From an uncultured Chloroflexia bacterium (GTDB taxonomy: Bacteria; Chloroflexota; Limnocylindria; Limnocylindrales; CSP1-4), in the NCBI GenBank assembly GCA_963819655.1, contig CAWFXA010000002.1, forward strand, positions 1,600,001-1,664,000: a stretch of 64,000 bases of DNA, written 5' to 3'. Of this stretch, positions 1-8,984 are shown one piece after another. The notes below the pieces were generated by a model. It was not told the DNA's origin and searched no databases. It saw only the letters and a program-made list of their open reading frames with translations. Within the stretch, counting starts at the first letter, position 1; the number at the start of each line of letters is the position of its first letter. The position numbers and the translations under genes are program-made.

Positions 1-81
1 CGCGACGTGCCCGAGATGGAGGTAACCGGTCGGCGCGGGCGCGAACCGGGTCAGGGTCGCGGTCGCCGTCGCGCCGTCCAC
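1..81 (-). CDS. Glutamyl-tRNA synthetase family protein (GluRS or GluQ-RS-like), 5' end only; runs off the window
   Basis: Manual translation from GTG at 81: VDGATATATLTRFAPAPTGYLHLGHVA, matching the TRFAPSPTG-HIGH signature of class I GluRS/GluQ-RS; starts immediately after the chorismate mutase stop. Confidence 0.75.
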   Translation of the reverse strand, partial: MDGATATATLTRFAPAPTGYLHLGHVA

Positions 82-82
82 G

Positions 83-439
83 TCACGTGCGGGTCGAGCC
101 GTCGCTCCCGCCCCCGTCGCGATCCTCCCGGTCACGTGCGCGGTCCCGCGCCTCCAACGCCCGCGTCGCGGTGAACAGGCGTCGGTAGAGGGCGAGGAGA
201 TCGGCCTGTGGCATCGGTCCCTCGTTGGCCATCGACACGCGCAGCAGGATCTCGCGCTCCCGCTCGGCATCGCGGATGGCGGTCCTGCCGGCCTCGGCCT
301 TGGCCTGCCCGGCGTCCCGCGCGAGCCGGGCGCGCTCGTTGAGCAGCGCGACGATCCGCCGATCGAGCACGTCGATGCGGCGCCGCAAGCGCCGCAGCTC
401 AGGCGTTTCCGGGACGGCACGAACTCGGCGGTCAGCCAT
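83..439 (-). CDS. Chorismate mutase (AroQ-class, monofunctional)
   Basis: LRRRIDVLDRRIVALLNERARLA...RDAEREREIL CM_2 pattern; ATG at 439 overlaps the aroQ 3' end; in shikimate operon. Confidence 0.85.
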   Translation of the reverse strand: MADRRVRAVPETPELRRLRRRIDVLDRRIVALLNERARLARDAGQAKAEAGRTAIRDAEREREILLRVSMANEGPMPQADLLALYRRLFTATRALEARDRARDREDRDGGGSDGSTRT

Positions 440-872
440 CGTCGCCACCGAACCGCCGGGCGATCGATTCGAGCGCGAGGTGATAGCCGCGGGCGCCCTG
501 CCCGACGATCGACTCGAGCGCGATGTCGTGCACGAAGTTCACGTGCCGGAAGGGCTCGCGGGTCGACGGGTCCGACAGGTGGACCTCGATGAACGGCCGC
601 TGGACGGCGAGCAGCGCGTCTCGCAGCGCCACGCTCGTATGGGTCAGCCCGCCGGCGTTGACGATCGCGACGTCGAAGTCGCGCGCGTGCAGGCGGTCGA
701 TCAGGGCGCCCTCGTGGTTCGACTGGAAGAAGTCGACCTCGAGTCGGAGCTCACGTGCACGCTGCTCGATCCCCGCGTGGATCTCGTCGAGCGTCTCGTA
801 GCCATAGATCTCGGGCTCCCGCGTCCCGACGAGGTTGAGGTTGGGTCCCTGGAGGACGAGCACCCGCGTCAT
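432..872 (-). CDS. aroQ: Type II 3-dehydroquinate dehydratase
   Basis: VLVLQGPNLNLVGTREPEIYG, QSNHEG, NAGGLTHTSVALRDA, EVHLS, REPFRH motifs; ATG at 872. Confidence 0.95.
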   Translation of the reverse strand: MTRVLVLQGPNLNLVGTREPEIYGYETLDEIHAGIEQRARELRLEVDFFQSNHEGALIDRLHARDFDVAIVNAGGLTHTSVALRDALLAVQRPFIEVHLSDPSTREPFRHVNFVHDIALESIVGQGARGYHLALESIARRFGGDDG

Positions 873-2521
873 CGGGCGGTCCCGGCAGCAAGCATCGCCC
901 CAGCCGCATCGACGACGACATCGTCGCCCACGTCGCTGCGCACCTCCGCCGCGTCCGCCGTGGGCAGCACCCAGCGCAGCCGCCCGCCGGCGTGCTTCTT
1001 GTCCGCGGCCAGGTGCCGCAGGACGTCGTCGAGCTGGTAGGGGAGCGGCTCGGTCGCCAGGCCCAGCGTGTCGAGCAGTCGGCCGATCCGTGCCGCGCGG
1101 TCCGGCGGCGTGACGCCGACCGCCTCGCCGATCCGGCACGCGGCGCGCAGCCCGTATGCGACCGCCTCGCCATGCAGCAGCCCCTCGAAGCCCGCCGCCG
1201 CTTCGACCGCGTGGCCCAGCGAGTGACCCAGGTTGAGCGTGATGCGCCCGCTCCCCCCGTTGCGTTCGCGCTCATCGGCGATCACGACGTCGACCTTCGC
1301 CCAGGCGCAGCGCTCGACCAGTTCGGCGACCTCGCCTCGCGCGACCGAGGCCTTGTCGCCCCGGGCGATCTCGTCGCCATGACGCTCGAGCAGCTCGAAC
1401 AGGCGCTCATCACCGAGTGCCGCCATCTTGACCGCCTCGCCGAGAGCCGCCCGTCGCTGGCGCTCCGGCAACGTGGCGAGCAACGCGACGTCGATGACGA
1501 TGTCCGAGGGCTGGTGGAACGCCCCGACCAGGTTCTTCCCCTCCGGCAGGTCGACCGCGGTCTTGCCGCCGATCGACGAGTCGATCTGAGCGACCAGCGT
1601 CGTCGGCACGTGGACGAGCGCGACCCCGCGCAGATAGGTGGCGGCCAGGAATCCGGCCGCGTCGCCGAGCGCGCCGCCCCCGATCGCGACGATCGGCTCA
1701 TCCCGCCCGACCCGGTGCTGGGACAGCTCGCTTGCGGCAGTCTCGATCACGGACAGGCGCTTGGCGGCCTCGCCCTCCGGAAGCAGGACTGTCACGACGG
1801 TGCGCCCGGCGACCTCCAGCGCCTCGGCGATGCGCTGGCCCACCGCGGTCCAGGCGCCGGGCTCCGAGATCAGGATCGCCCGGCGCGCTTCGAGACGACC
1901 GAGCACCCGTTCGATGGCGGCGGCCGCGATCCCGTCACCGATCACGATGCGTCCGATCGGCGTGCTGGCGCTCAGAAGCGTCGTGCCACCCGACGCACGA
2001 TCCGCCGGCTCGGCGAGGTGCGCTTCGACCGCCGCCACCACGCTCGTGACCTCCGCGACGCCGACGATGTGAAGGTCCGCAGCCGCATAGAACCGCTCAC
2101 GTCGCGCGGCCAGGTCGCGGATCGCACCGATCGGGTCCCGCCCGATGATCAGCGGGCGCACGTGCGGCGAGCGCCGCAGGCGCTGGGCGAGGACTTCCGG
2201 CCGCCCATCGAGCCAGATGCTCAGGCGACCGCGATAGAGCGACCAGCGGTTGCGCGGGTCGACGATCGCACCACCGCCCGTGGCCACGACACGCTGGACC
2301 GCCGGCGCCGGATCGGCCTCGCCCAGGTCATCGACGGCGCGCCGTTCGAGCGTGCGGAATGCCGCCTCGCCATCCTCGGCAAAGATCGTCGGGATCGGCC
2401 GGCCGTCGTCGCGCTCGATCCGCTCGTCGAGGTCGATGAAGGTGGCGCCGTGCCGCTGGGCCAGGCGCTTGCCCACGACGCTCTTGCCGCTGCCGGGCAG
2501 CCCGACGAGGACGATGTCCAT
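869..2521 (-). CDS. aroKB: Bifunctional shikimate kinase / 3-dehydroquinate synthase (AroK-AroB fusion)
   Basis: N-terminal GLPGSGKS P-loop, GEAAFR and ATGGG (AroK); C-terminal GGGALGD, PTTLVAQIDSSIGGKTAV, KNLVGAFHQP, LNLGHSLGHA, HGEAV (AroB); ATG at 2521. Confidence 0.93.
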   Translation of the reverse strand: MDIVLVGLPGSGKSVVGKRLAQRHGATFIDLDERIERDDGRPIPTIFAEDGEAAFRTLERRAVDDLGEADPAPAVQRVVATGGGAIVDPRNRWSLYRGRLSIWLDGRPEVLAQRLRRSPHVRPLIIGRDPIGAIRDLAARRERFYAAADLHIVGVAEVTSVVAAVEAHLAEPADRASGGTTLLSASTPIGRIVIGDGIAAAAIERVLGRLEARRAILISEPGAWTAVGQRIAEALEVAGRTVVTVLLPEGEAAKRLSVIETAASELSQHRVGRDEPIVAIGGGALGDAAGFLAATYLRGVALVHVPTTLVAQIDSSIGGKTAVDLPEGKNLVGAFHQPSDIVIDVALLATLPERQRRAALGEAVKMAALGDERLFELLERHGDEIARGDKASVARGEVAELVERCAWAKVDVVIADERERNGGSGRITLNLGHSLGHAVEAAAGFEGLLHGEAVAYGLRAACRIGEAVGVTPPDRAARIGRLLDTLGLATEPLPYQLDDVLRHLAADKKHAGGRLRWVLPTADAAEVRSDVGDDVVVDAAGAMLAAGTAR

Positions 2522-2532
2522 CGCATCCGGCC

Positions 2533-3846
2533 TCAGTCGTCGCCGCCGGAGCCGGCCTCGTCCGAGCCGGTCAGCCCGTGGCGTGCCTCGACCGGCCCGT
2601 CGGTCGTTCCGGCTGCGGCACCGACGACGGGCGAGTCCAGCGGCCGGGCGATCCGGGCCCGATACGTTTCGAGGTTGGCCACGGCATCGGCGATCGTGTC
2701 GCCACCGGTCTTCTCGAGTGCGAAGCGAGCCAGGGTCAGCATGACCATCGCCTCCGCGACGATCCCCGCCGCCGGCACGACGCTGATGTCGCTGCGCTCG
2801 TAGTGCGCCTTCTCGACGGGCTCGCCGGTGATCAGGTCGGCCGATGGCAGCGGCCGGGCAAGCGTCGAGATCGGCTTGACTGCGCCGCGGACGACGAGCG
2901 GCTCGCCGTTCGTCACGCCGCCGGTCAGGCCGCCGGCGTTGTTCGATCGATGGACCCACCGGCCGGCACCGTCCCGACCGGCGATGACGTCATGGACGGC
3001 CGAGCCGAACCGCCTCGTCTGCTCGAACCCCAGCCCGAACTCGACACCTTTGACGATGTTGATGCTCATGACTGCGGCGGCCAGGGCCCCGTCGAGCCGG
3101 CGGTCCCAATGCACGTACGACCCGAGCCCGATCGGCAGGCCGTGGGCGACGACCTCGAACACGCCCCCGACGGTGTCGCCGTTGGAGCGTGCCTCGTCGA
3201 TGCGGGCGATCATGGCGGTCTCGGCACTCGGGTCGGGGCAGCGCAGCGGCGACGCGTCCGCCTCGTCGCGCGAGCGCGTGCAGTTGGCCGGATCGACCGC
3301 GACCCCACCGACCTCCGCCGTGAACGACCAGACCTCGATGCCGAGCTCCCGCAGGAATGCACGTGCGACCGCGCCGGCCGCGACCCTGGCCGCGGTCTCG
3401 CGCGCCGATGCACGTTCGAGGACGTTGCGGACGTCGTTGAAGCCGTACTTCAGGGCCCCTGCCAGGTCCGCGTGCCCGGGCCGCACGCGAGTCACCGGAG
3501 TCGCCCGCTTGTCGCCGCCGTCGGCGAGCTCCGCAAGGTCGCGCGCCTCGTCATCGGACAGCGGCGCGACCTGCATCACCTTCGTCCAGTTCTCCCAGTC
3601 CCGGTTGCGAACGAGCAGCAGGACCGGTGAACCGAGCGTCACGCCGTGGCGGACGCCGCCGAGGATCTCGGCGCGGTCCTGTTCGATCTGCTGCCGCGCG
3701 CCACGGCCGTAGCCCTTCTGCCGACGGGCGAGATCGACGGCGATGGCGTCCTCGGTCAGGGCGAGGCCGGCCGGCACGCCCTCGATCGTCACGCCGAGCG
3801 CCGGTCCGTGCGACTCCCCGGCGGTCAGGAAGCGGAAGGCGGTCAC
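2533..3846 (-). CDS. aroC: Chorismate synthase
   Basis: TAGESHG, RPGHAD, LERASARETAARVAAG, SNNAGG, KPIST, ERSD motifs. Confidence 0.96.
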   Translation of the reverse strand: MTAFRFLTAGESHGPALGVTIEGVPAGLALTEDAIAVDLARRQKGYGRGARQQIEQDRAEILGGVRHGVTLGSPVLLLVRNRDWENWTKVMQVAPLSDDEARDLAELADGGDKRATPVTRVRPGHADLAGALKYGFNDVRNVLERASARETAARVAAGAVARAFLRELGIEVWSFTAEVGGVAVDPANCTRSRDEADASPLRCPDPSAETAMIARIDEARSNGDTVGGVFEVVAHGLPIGLGSYVHWDRRLDGALAAAVMSINIVKGVEFGLGFEQTRRFGSAVHDVIAGRDGAGRWVHRSNNAGGLTGGVTNGEPLVVRGAVKPISTLARPLPSADLITGEPVEKAHYERSDISVVPAAGIVAEAMVMLTLARFALEKTGGDTIADAVANLETYRARIARPLDSPVVGAAAGTTDGPVEARHGLTGSDEAGSGGDD

Positions 3847-4736
3847 TCGGCGGCGGCCACCGCCGGTTCACCGGTCGGCTCGCCCTCGGCTGAGCGAAGA
3901 CCGCCGGCACGGGCCTCGGCCAGCTTGCTCTGCATGAGCTCGAGCGGTGCCGGCTGGCCGGTCCACAACGTGAACGCCGCGGCGCCCTGGTGCAGCAGCA
4001 TCAGTTCGCCGTCCAGCGTCGTCGCGCCGGCCGCATCGGCATCGCGCAGCAGGCGTGTTCGGGCATAGATGAGGTCGAGCACGAGCAGCTCGTCGTTCAG
4101 GACTTCGGGCGGTACCGGGCTGACGTCGGCCGTCAGGCCGATCGAAGTCGCGTTGATGAGGATCTTGGCCTTGGCGATCTCTGACTCGATGATCGACTCG
4201 TGCCACGGCATCGCGCGCAGCTCCATGTGCGCGGCCGTCCGGCCGAAGTGCTTGACCAGCCCTTCGGCGCGGTGCAGGTGACGGTTGAACACGATGACCC
4301 GCTGGAAGCCTTCGCGGATGAGTCCGAAGACGACCGCGCGCGCGCCGCCGCCCGCGCCCAGGACGACGGCCCCCTTCGGCATCTTCTGTCGTCCGACGAT
4401 GCGGTCCAAAGCGACCTTGAACCCGGCCACGTCGGTGTTGTGGCCGATGAGGCGCTTGCCCTCGCGCGTGATCGTGTTGACCGCGCCGGTCGACGACGCC
4501 TCCTCCGTCAGGCGGTCGACCATCGGCACGACCCGCTCCTTGTGCGGGATCGTGACGTTGGCACCCAGGAAGTCGTCGGAACGGAGACCGCTCACAGCGT
4601 CCGGGAGTTCGATCGGGGCCCGATCCCACAGCTCGTAGCGGGCGTCGATCCCGAGCTCGTCGAAGGCGGCCTGTTGCATCGCGCCAGACAACGAATGCGC
4701 GACGGGATGGCCGATGAGGACGACGCGCTTCGTCAT
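3843..4736 (-). CDS. aroE: Shikimate dehydrogenase
   Basis: GHPVAHSLS, GANVTIPHK, GAVNT, GHNTD, GAGGGARA, NATSIG motifs; ATG at 4736. Confidence 0.95.
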   Translation of the reverse strand: MTKRVVLIGHPVAHSLSGAMQQAAFDELGIDARYELWDRAPIELPDAVSGLRSDDFLGANVTIPHKERVVPMVDRLTEEASSTGAVNTITREGKRLIGHNTDVAGFKVALDRIVGRQKMPKGAVVLGAGGGARAVVFGLIREGFQRVIVFNRHLHRAEGLVKHFGRTAAHMELRAMPWHESIIESEIAKAKILINATSIGLTADVSPVPPEVLNDELLVLDLIYARTRLLRDADAAGATTLDGELMLLHQGAAAFTLWTGQPAPLELMQSKLAEARAGGLRSAEGEPTGEPAVAAAE

Positions 4737-6076
4737 GCTCGTACCCCTTCCAGATCGGCGAAGAAGCCGGGATAGGAGATGGCGGCCGAGGCGGGCCGCT
4801 CGATGATCGTGCGATCGGTCGCGACCAGGCCCGCCACGGCGAACGTCATCGCGAGACGGTGGTCGTCGAGGCTGTCGGTGGTGGCACCGTGCAGCTCGGC
4901 GGACCCGTGGACCACGAGATCGTCGCCATCGACCTCGACGCGGGCGCCGAGCGCAGACAGACCCGCCGCGATACCGGCGATACGGTCGGATTCCTTGTGA
5001 CGGAGTTCGCCCGCGCCACGGATCGTCGTGGTGCCACGCGCTCGCGTCGCGGCCAGGCACAGCACAGGGATCTCGTCGATCGCCGAGGCCACCTCGGCAG
5101 GCCCCAGATCGATGGCTCGGAGGTCCGATGACCGCACGACGAGATCGGCGATGGGTTCGCCGGCGTCGGGGTCATCAGTGGTCGGCGACGGACGCTCCTC
5201 GATATCGGCGCCCATCGCGCGCAGAAGGTCGATGACGGCCCGCCGAGTCGGGTTGACACCGACACCGCGGAGGACGAGCTCGGCATCGGGGTGGATGGCG
5301 CCCGCGACGAGCCAGAAGGCCGCTGCCGAGACATCGGCCGGCACGTGCTGATCGATGGGCTGCACCGCCGTCCCTCCTTCCACCGTCCAGGCGACGCCGC
5401 CATCGTCGCCGACCACGCGACTCACGGGCACGCCCCGAGCTCTCAGCATGCGCTCCGTGTGGTCGCGCGTCGCGACTCGTTCCCGGACCGTCGTCCGACC
5501 CTCGGCGCGGAGGCCGGCCAGCAGGATCGCCGACTTGACCTGTGCCGATGGGACCGGCGTCGCGTAGTCCACCGCCCTCAGCGGGGTATGCCCGACCACG
5601 GTGAGGGGAGGGAGGGAATCGTGACGTCGACCGTGGAGCTCCGCGCCCATTCGGCGCAGTGGCTCGATGATACGAGCGACCGGACGGCGTCGCAATGAGT
5701 CATCGCCGTCCAGGACCGCCGTCATCGGCAGCCCGGCAAGCATCCCGGCGATGAGCCGCAGGCTCGTCCCGGAGTTCCCGCAATGGATGTCGTCAGCCGG
5801 TTGGCGCAGACCATCGGCACCTGGCGAGACGACGTCGTAGGCGACGTTGCGACCGTCGTCATCCGGGCGCGCTGCGAGGGTGGCACCGAGCGCACGCATC
5901 GCCCCGGCCGTCGATCGGACATCGGCGCCATCGCCAGCCCCGGTGATCCGGCTCTGGCCGGCCGCCAGCGTCGCGAACAGCAAAGCGCGATGGCTGATCG
6001 ATTTGTCGCCGGGCAGCCGCAGCTCAGCGCGCAGGCGGGCGGCGGGCGTGACCGTGGCGACGTCGGTGGCGATCAA
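4733..6076 (-). CDS. aroA: 3-phosphoshikimate 1-carboxyvinyltransferase (EPSP synthase)
   Basis: [50 protein letters not shown] motifs; probable TTG start at 6076 overlapping the aroF stop. Confidence 0.95.
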   Translation of the reverse strand: MIATDVATVTPAARLRAELRLPGDKSISHRALLFATLAAGQSRITGAGDGADVRSTAGAMRALGATLAARPDDDGRNVAYDVVSPGADGLRQPADDIHCGNSGTSLRLIAGMLAGLPMTAVLDGDDSLRRRPVARIIEPLRRMGAELHGRRHDSLPPLTVVGHTPLRAVDYATPVPSAQVKSAILLAGLRAEGRTTVRERVATRDHTERMLRARGVPVSRVVGDDGGVAWTVEGGTAVQPIDQHVPADVSAAAFWLVAGAIHPDAELVLRGVGVNPTRRAVIDLLRAMGADIEERPSPTTDDPDAGEPIADLVVRSSDLRAIDLGPAEVASAIDEIPVLCLAATRARGTTTIRGAGELRHKESDRIAGIAAGLSALGARVEVDGDDLVVHGSAELHGATTDSLDDHRLAMTFAVAGLVATDRTIIERPASAAISYPGFFADLEGVRA

Positions 6077-7164
6077 TGCTTCCCCAGCCCGTCGTCCGCG
6101 CCAAAGCCGGCCCCCGCGCCGGCGCCCACGAGGAACGGGTCGCCATGGAGTCCTCGGACGTGCTCGTGGACCGGCACGAGGGCGTCCATGAGCGAGCGGA
6201 ACTGATCGAGGGTGAGCTGCTGTTCGGCGTCCGACAGCGCCTGGTCGGGGTTGGGATGGACCTCGACCATGACCCCGTCGGCCCCGACCGCGACCCCGCC
6301 GATCGCGAGGGGCTTGACCAGCCAGCGCTTGCCGGTCGCGTGACTCGGGTCGACGATGACCGGCAGGTGGGTCAGGTGATGGAGGAGCGGCACTGCCGCG
6401 AGATCCATGGTGTTGCGCGTGTAAGTCTCGAACGTCCGGATGCCGCGCTCGCACAGGATCACGTTCGGGTTGCCGGAGCTGACGATGTACTCGGCGGCCA
6501 TCAACCATTCCTCGACGGTGGCGCCATAACCGCGTTTGAGCATCACCGGCCGGGCCACTCGCCCGACGTCGCGCAGCAGCGAGTAGTTCTGCATGTTCCG
6601 GGTGCCGATCTGGAGGATGTCCGCGTACTCGGCGACGATGTCGACCTGCGACGGCTCCATAACCTCCGTGATGATCGGCAGGCCGGTCCGCTCGCGGGCC
6701 TCCGCCAGGTAGCGGAGAGCCTCGACACCGAGCCCCTGAAAGGCGTACGGGCTCGTCCGCGGCTTGAACGCGCCGCCGCGCAGGATCGTCGCGCCGGCCG
6801 CCTTCACGGCATCCGCGGTCTCGAACAGTTGGTCGCGGCTCTCGACCGAGCAGGGGCCGGCCATGACCGTGAGCGAACCGTCGCCGATCGCCGCGTCGAG
6901 GACGCGGATGACGGTGTCGTCCGGCTTGAACTCCCGAGATGTCAGTTTGAACGGCCGGCTGATCGGGGTGACGCGGTCGACTCCGGCCATTGCCGCGAAC
7001 GCTTCGAGGAGGTCAGGTTTGCGCGACCCGATCTCGCCCACGACGGCGATGACGACGTGGTCGGTGTCCTGATGGTCGAACGGCGTCAGACCCTCAGCCA
7101 GGATCCGGCTCTTGACTCCCAGGACCTCGGCCTCACTGGCGCCGGAGGTCATCACGACGAACAT
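6073..7164 (-). CDS. aroF: DAHP synthase (type I-beta with N-terminal regulatory domain)
   Basis: [55 protein letters not shown] motifs; GAGGAG RBS upstream. Confidence 0.95.
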   Translation of the reverse strand: MFVVMTSGASEAEVLGVKSRILAEGLTPFDHQDTDHVVIAVVGEIGSRKPDLLEAFAAMAGVDRVTPISRPFKLTSREFKPDDTVIRVLDAAIGDGSLTVMAGPCSVESRDQLFETADAVKAAGATILRGGAFKPRTSPYAFQGLGVEALRYLAEARERTGLPIITEVMEPSQVDIVAEYADILQIGTRNMQNYSLLRDVGRVARPVMLKRGYGATVEEWLMAAEYIVSSGNPNVILCERGIRTFETYTRNTMDLAAVPLLHHLTHLPVIVDPSHATGKRWLVKPLAIGGVAVGADGVMVEVHPNPDQALSDAEQQLTLDQFRSLMDALVPVHEHVRGLHGDPFLVGAGAGAGFGADDGLGKH

Positions 7165-7199
7165 CGCGGTGCGGTCTCCTCGTTGGATCGAGGTCGGCC

Positions 7200-7230
7200 A
7201 AACAAAAAAGCAGAGGTCTGGCCTCTGCTT
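7200..7230 (-). terminator. Intrinsic terminator in the aro operon leader (attenuator terminator)
   Basis: Minus strand AAGCAGAGG-ccaga-CCTCTGCTT followed by a T-rich tract (TTTTGTTT), located between the leader ORF and the aroF RBS. Confidence 0.85.
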
Positions 7231-7278
7231 CGTTCGCCCGGCACGACCCGTGCCCCCGGTCCTAGTGACCGAAGACGT

Positions 7279-7314
7279 TCATGCCGGGCATCGAAAGTAG
7301 AAGGTCGGGCGCAT
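7279..7314 (-). CDS. Putative aro operon leader peptide MRPTFYFRCPA
   Basis: ATG CGC CCG ACC TTC TAC TTT CGA TGC CCG GCA TGA; tandem Phe-Tyr-Phe codons; lies between the promoter and the terminator. Confidence 0.72.
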   Translation of the reverse strand: MRPTFYFRCPA

Positions 7315-7325
7315 GTGTGCAGCGG

Positions 7326-7354
7326 AGTGTGCCGAGCACGGCCGCGCGTGTCAA
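7326..7354 (-). promoter_or_regulatory. sigma70-type promoter for the aro operon
   Basis: Minus strand TTGACA (7354-7349), 17 nt spacer, CACACT (7331-7326). Confidence 0.7.
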
Positions 7355-7604
7355 CGCACGGCTCCACTCCACCCGGGACGGCCCCGTCGGCCTACCGGGC
7401 GATGCAAGCCATAGATGCCATTTTGTCGATAGCCCTGCACGATCCATGTCCCACTCTGCGATCAATTGTCATCTGGGCTTGGAACCACGCACGGAGGTCC
7501 CGGATGTGCATCTGAGGCTGGCATCGGCGAGGTCGGATGACCGTCGGGAGCGCCGCCCGGAGGGCCTCGGACCCCATGGTAGGATGTCGCCCGCCGCAAG
7601 GGAC

Positions 7605-7696
7605 GGAGAGGTCGCATAGAGGCCTAGTGCAGCGGTTTGCTAAACCGCCATGTGGGGTAACCTGCATCGAGGGTTCGAATCCCTCCCTCTCCGCCA
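7605..7696 (+). tRNA. tRNA-Ser(GCT)
   Basis: GGAGAGG/CCTCTCC acceptor stem, anticodon arm gcggt-tt GCT aa-accgc, long variable arm, GGTTCGAATCC, CCA end. Confidence 0.96.
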
Positions 7697-7780
7697 ATCC
7701 CCGTTCGGATAGGCCCTTCTGAGCACTCCCGACACCTTCCGCGACGGTCCCACGACGACGGTCGCGTATCATCGGCCGGT

Positions 7781-8629
7781 ATGCTGCGCTTCGCGAACCA
7801 GCCGAACACGACCGGGACCGGCGGGCCGATCCGGGATGGTCATGGCAGCACCGGTGACGCGATCGGGGTCGAGATCTACGACCCCGAAACGAACCGGACC
7901 GTCGACACGAACGCGGCCGTGACCCTCACCCTGGGATCAGACTCCGCGCGTGGCACGCTGATCGGCGGCGCCGCCGACGCGGTCGCCGGGGTCGCCACGT
8001 TCCCGAACCTGTCGATCGATACGCCTGGCCCGCACAAGCTCGAGGCCAGCAGCCCGGCCGCCTCGAACACCCCCGTGTCCGACCAGTTCATGGTGTCCGA
8101 CACGGTGGCCATGTGTGAGGGCCCCGGCTGCAGCTTCACCGAGACCAAGGACCAGCACGGCTACACGACGACCCCGGAGCAGGGGTCGGCAGGCGCCGAA
8201 TGGGCCACATCGCTCAACCTGCCGGGCCTCCGGATCTCGTGCGATTTCGCGCCATTCGATTACCCGGACTCACGCCAGCCGAACACCGTCTGGTACAGCT
8301 ACGACGACGGGGACACCGGGTCCGCCAAGACGAACGTGATCGTCATCGACAAGGCGATCGTCTATGAGACGCCGGACAACGGCACGTCCGAGTATCGGGT
8401 CTGCTATTCGTCACCGGCGCCCTTCACCGACCGCACGGGCGACCTCGCCCAGCCGGATCCCTGGGAGGATGGTCCGAGCGCGTACTTCGGGACCACCTGG
8501 TTTACGGGGCTCCTGCCGGACTGCGACGAGAAGGATCCAGTGGCGCCGTGCGTCCTGAGATGGACCGAGGATGGCGGCGACCGCATCGGGACGTTCCTGG
8601 CTCCTCCGGGCGATCCTGGCTTTCGCTAG
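7781..8629 (+). CDS. Hypothetical protein (beta-rich, Cys-containing; Ig-like N-terminal region possible)
   Basis: 282-aa ORF with GC3-biased codons; GVATFPNLSI-like segment; TATCAT 8 nt upstream of ATG; no recognisable catalytic motif or signal peptide. Confidence 0.65.
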   Translation: MLRFANQPNTTGTGGPIRDGHGSTGDAIGVEIYDPETNRTVDTNAAVTLTLGSDSARGTLIGGAADAVAGVATFPNLSIDTPGPHKLEASSPAASNTPVSDQFMVSDTVAMCEGPGCSFTETKDQHGYTTTPEQGSAGAEWATSLNLPGLRISCDFAPFDYPDSRQPNTVWYSYDDGDTGSAKTNVIVIDKAIVYETPDNGTSEYRVCYSSPAPFTDRTGDLAQPDPWEDGPSAYFGTTWFTGLLPDCDEKDPVAPCVLRWTEDGGDRIGTFLAPPGDPGFR

Positions 8630-8728
8630 GTCCGCGGGGCAACCGCCAGTAGATCCGGTCTGGAGCGGACGGCGGGGCGGTCGCTTATGATCGGATGGAC
8701 GTCGCTGGACGATGGCGGACTGGCCGAG

Positions 8729-8767
8729 AGCGGTCTCCTGAACCGCCATGTGGGGTAACCTGCGTCG
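8729..8767 (+). repeat. Degenerate copy of the tRNA-Ser(GCT) anticodon and variable arms
   Basis: 35/39 identical to 7631-7669; stems conserved, loop altered to ct CCT ga; no T-arm follows. Confidence 0.8.
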
Positions 8768-8776
8768 GCATCGCGT

Positions 8777-8852
8777 GCGCCCGTAGCTCAGTGGATAGAG
8801 CGTTAGGTTGCGGACCTAAAGGTCGTGAGTTCGAGTCTCGCCGGGCGCGCCA
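8777..8852 (+). tRNA. tRNA-Arg(GCG)
   Basis: GCGCCCG/CGGGCGC acceptor stem, TAGCTCAGTGGATAGAGC D-arm, ttagg-tt GCG ga-cctaa anticodon arm (8810-8812), GTTCGAGT, CCA end. Confidence 0.94.
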
Positions 8853-8984
8853 GCACTCTATTGAAGAACGGCCGTGCGGCCGGAACGAGCACGATCTCGG
8901 ACACTCAGATCGAGCCACAGCAGGCGACGAACCCCCGGCCCGATGGATTGCAGTCGATCGGCCGGCAGGGCACGCTAGCGCGGC

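Noticed and set aside
7165-7330. T-box riboswitch upstream of aroF
   Set aside because: No GGTGGnACC T-box motif or stem I features; the leader peptide plus terminator explains the region better
7360-7600. Small ORFs or operator sites between the aro promoter and tRNA-Ser
   Set aside because: No convincing codon bias, RBS or strong palindrome; treated as a divergent promoter region
8700-8776. Possible complete extra tRNA with CCT anticodon
   Set aside because: No T-arm (TTC) or acceptor stem can be formed; kept only as a fragment
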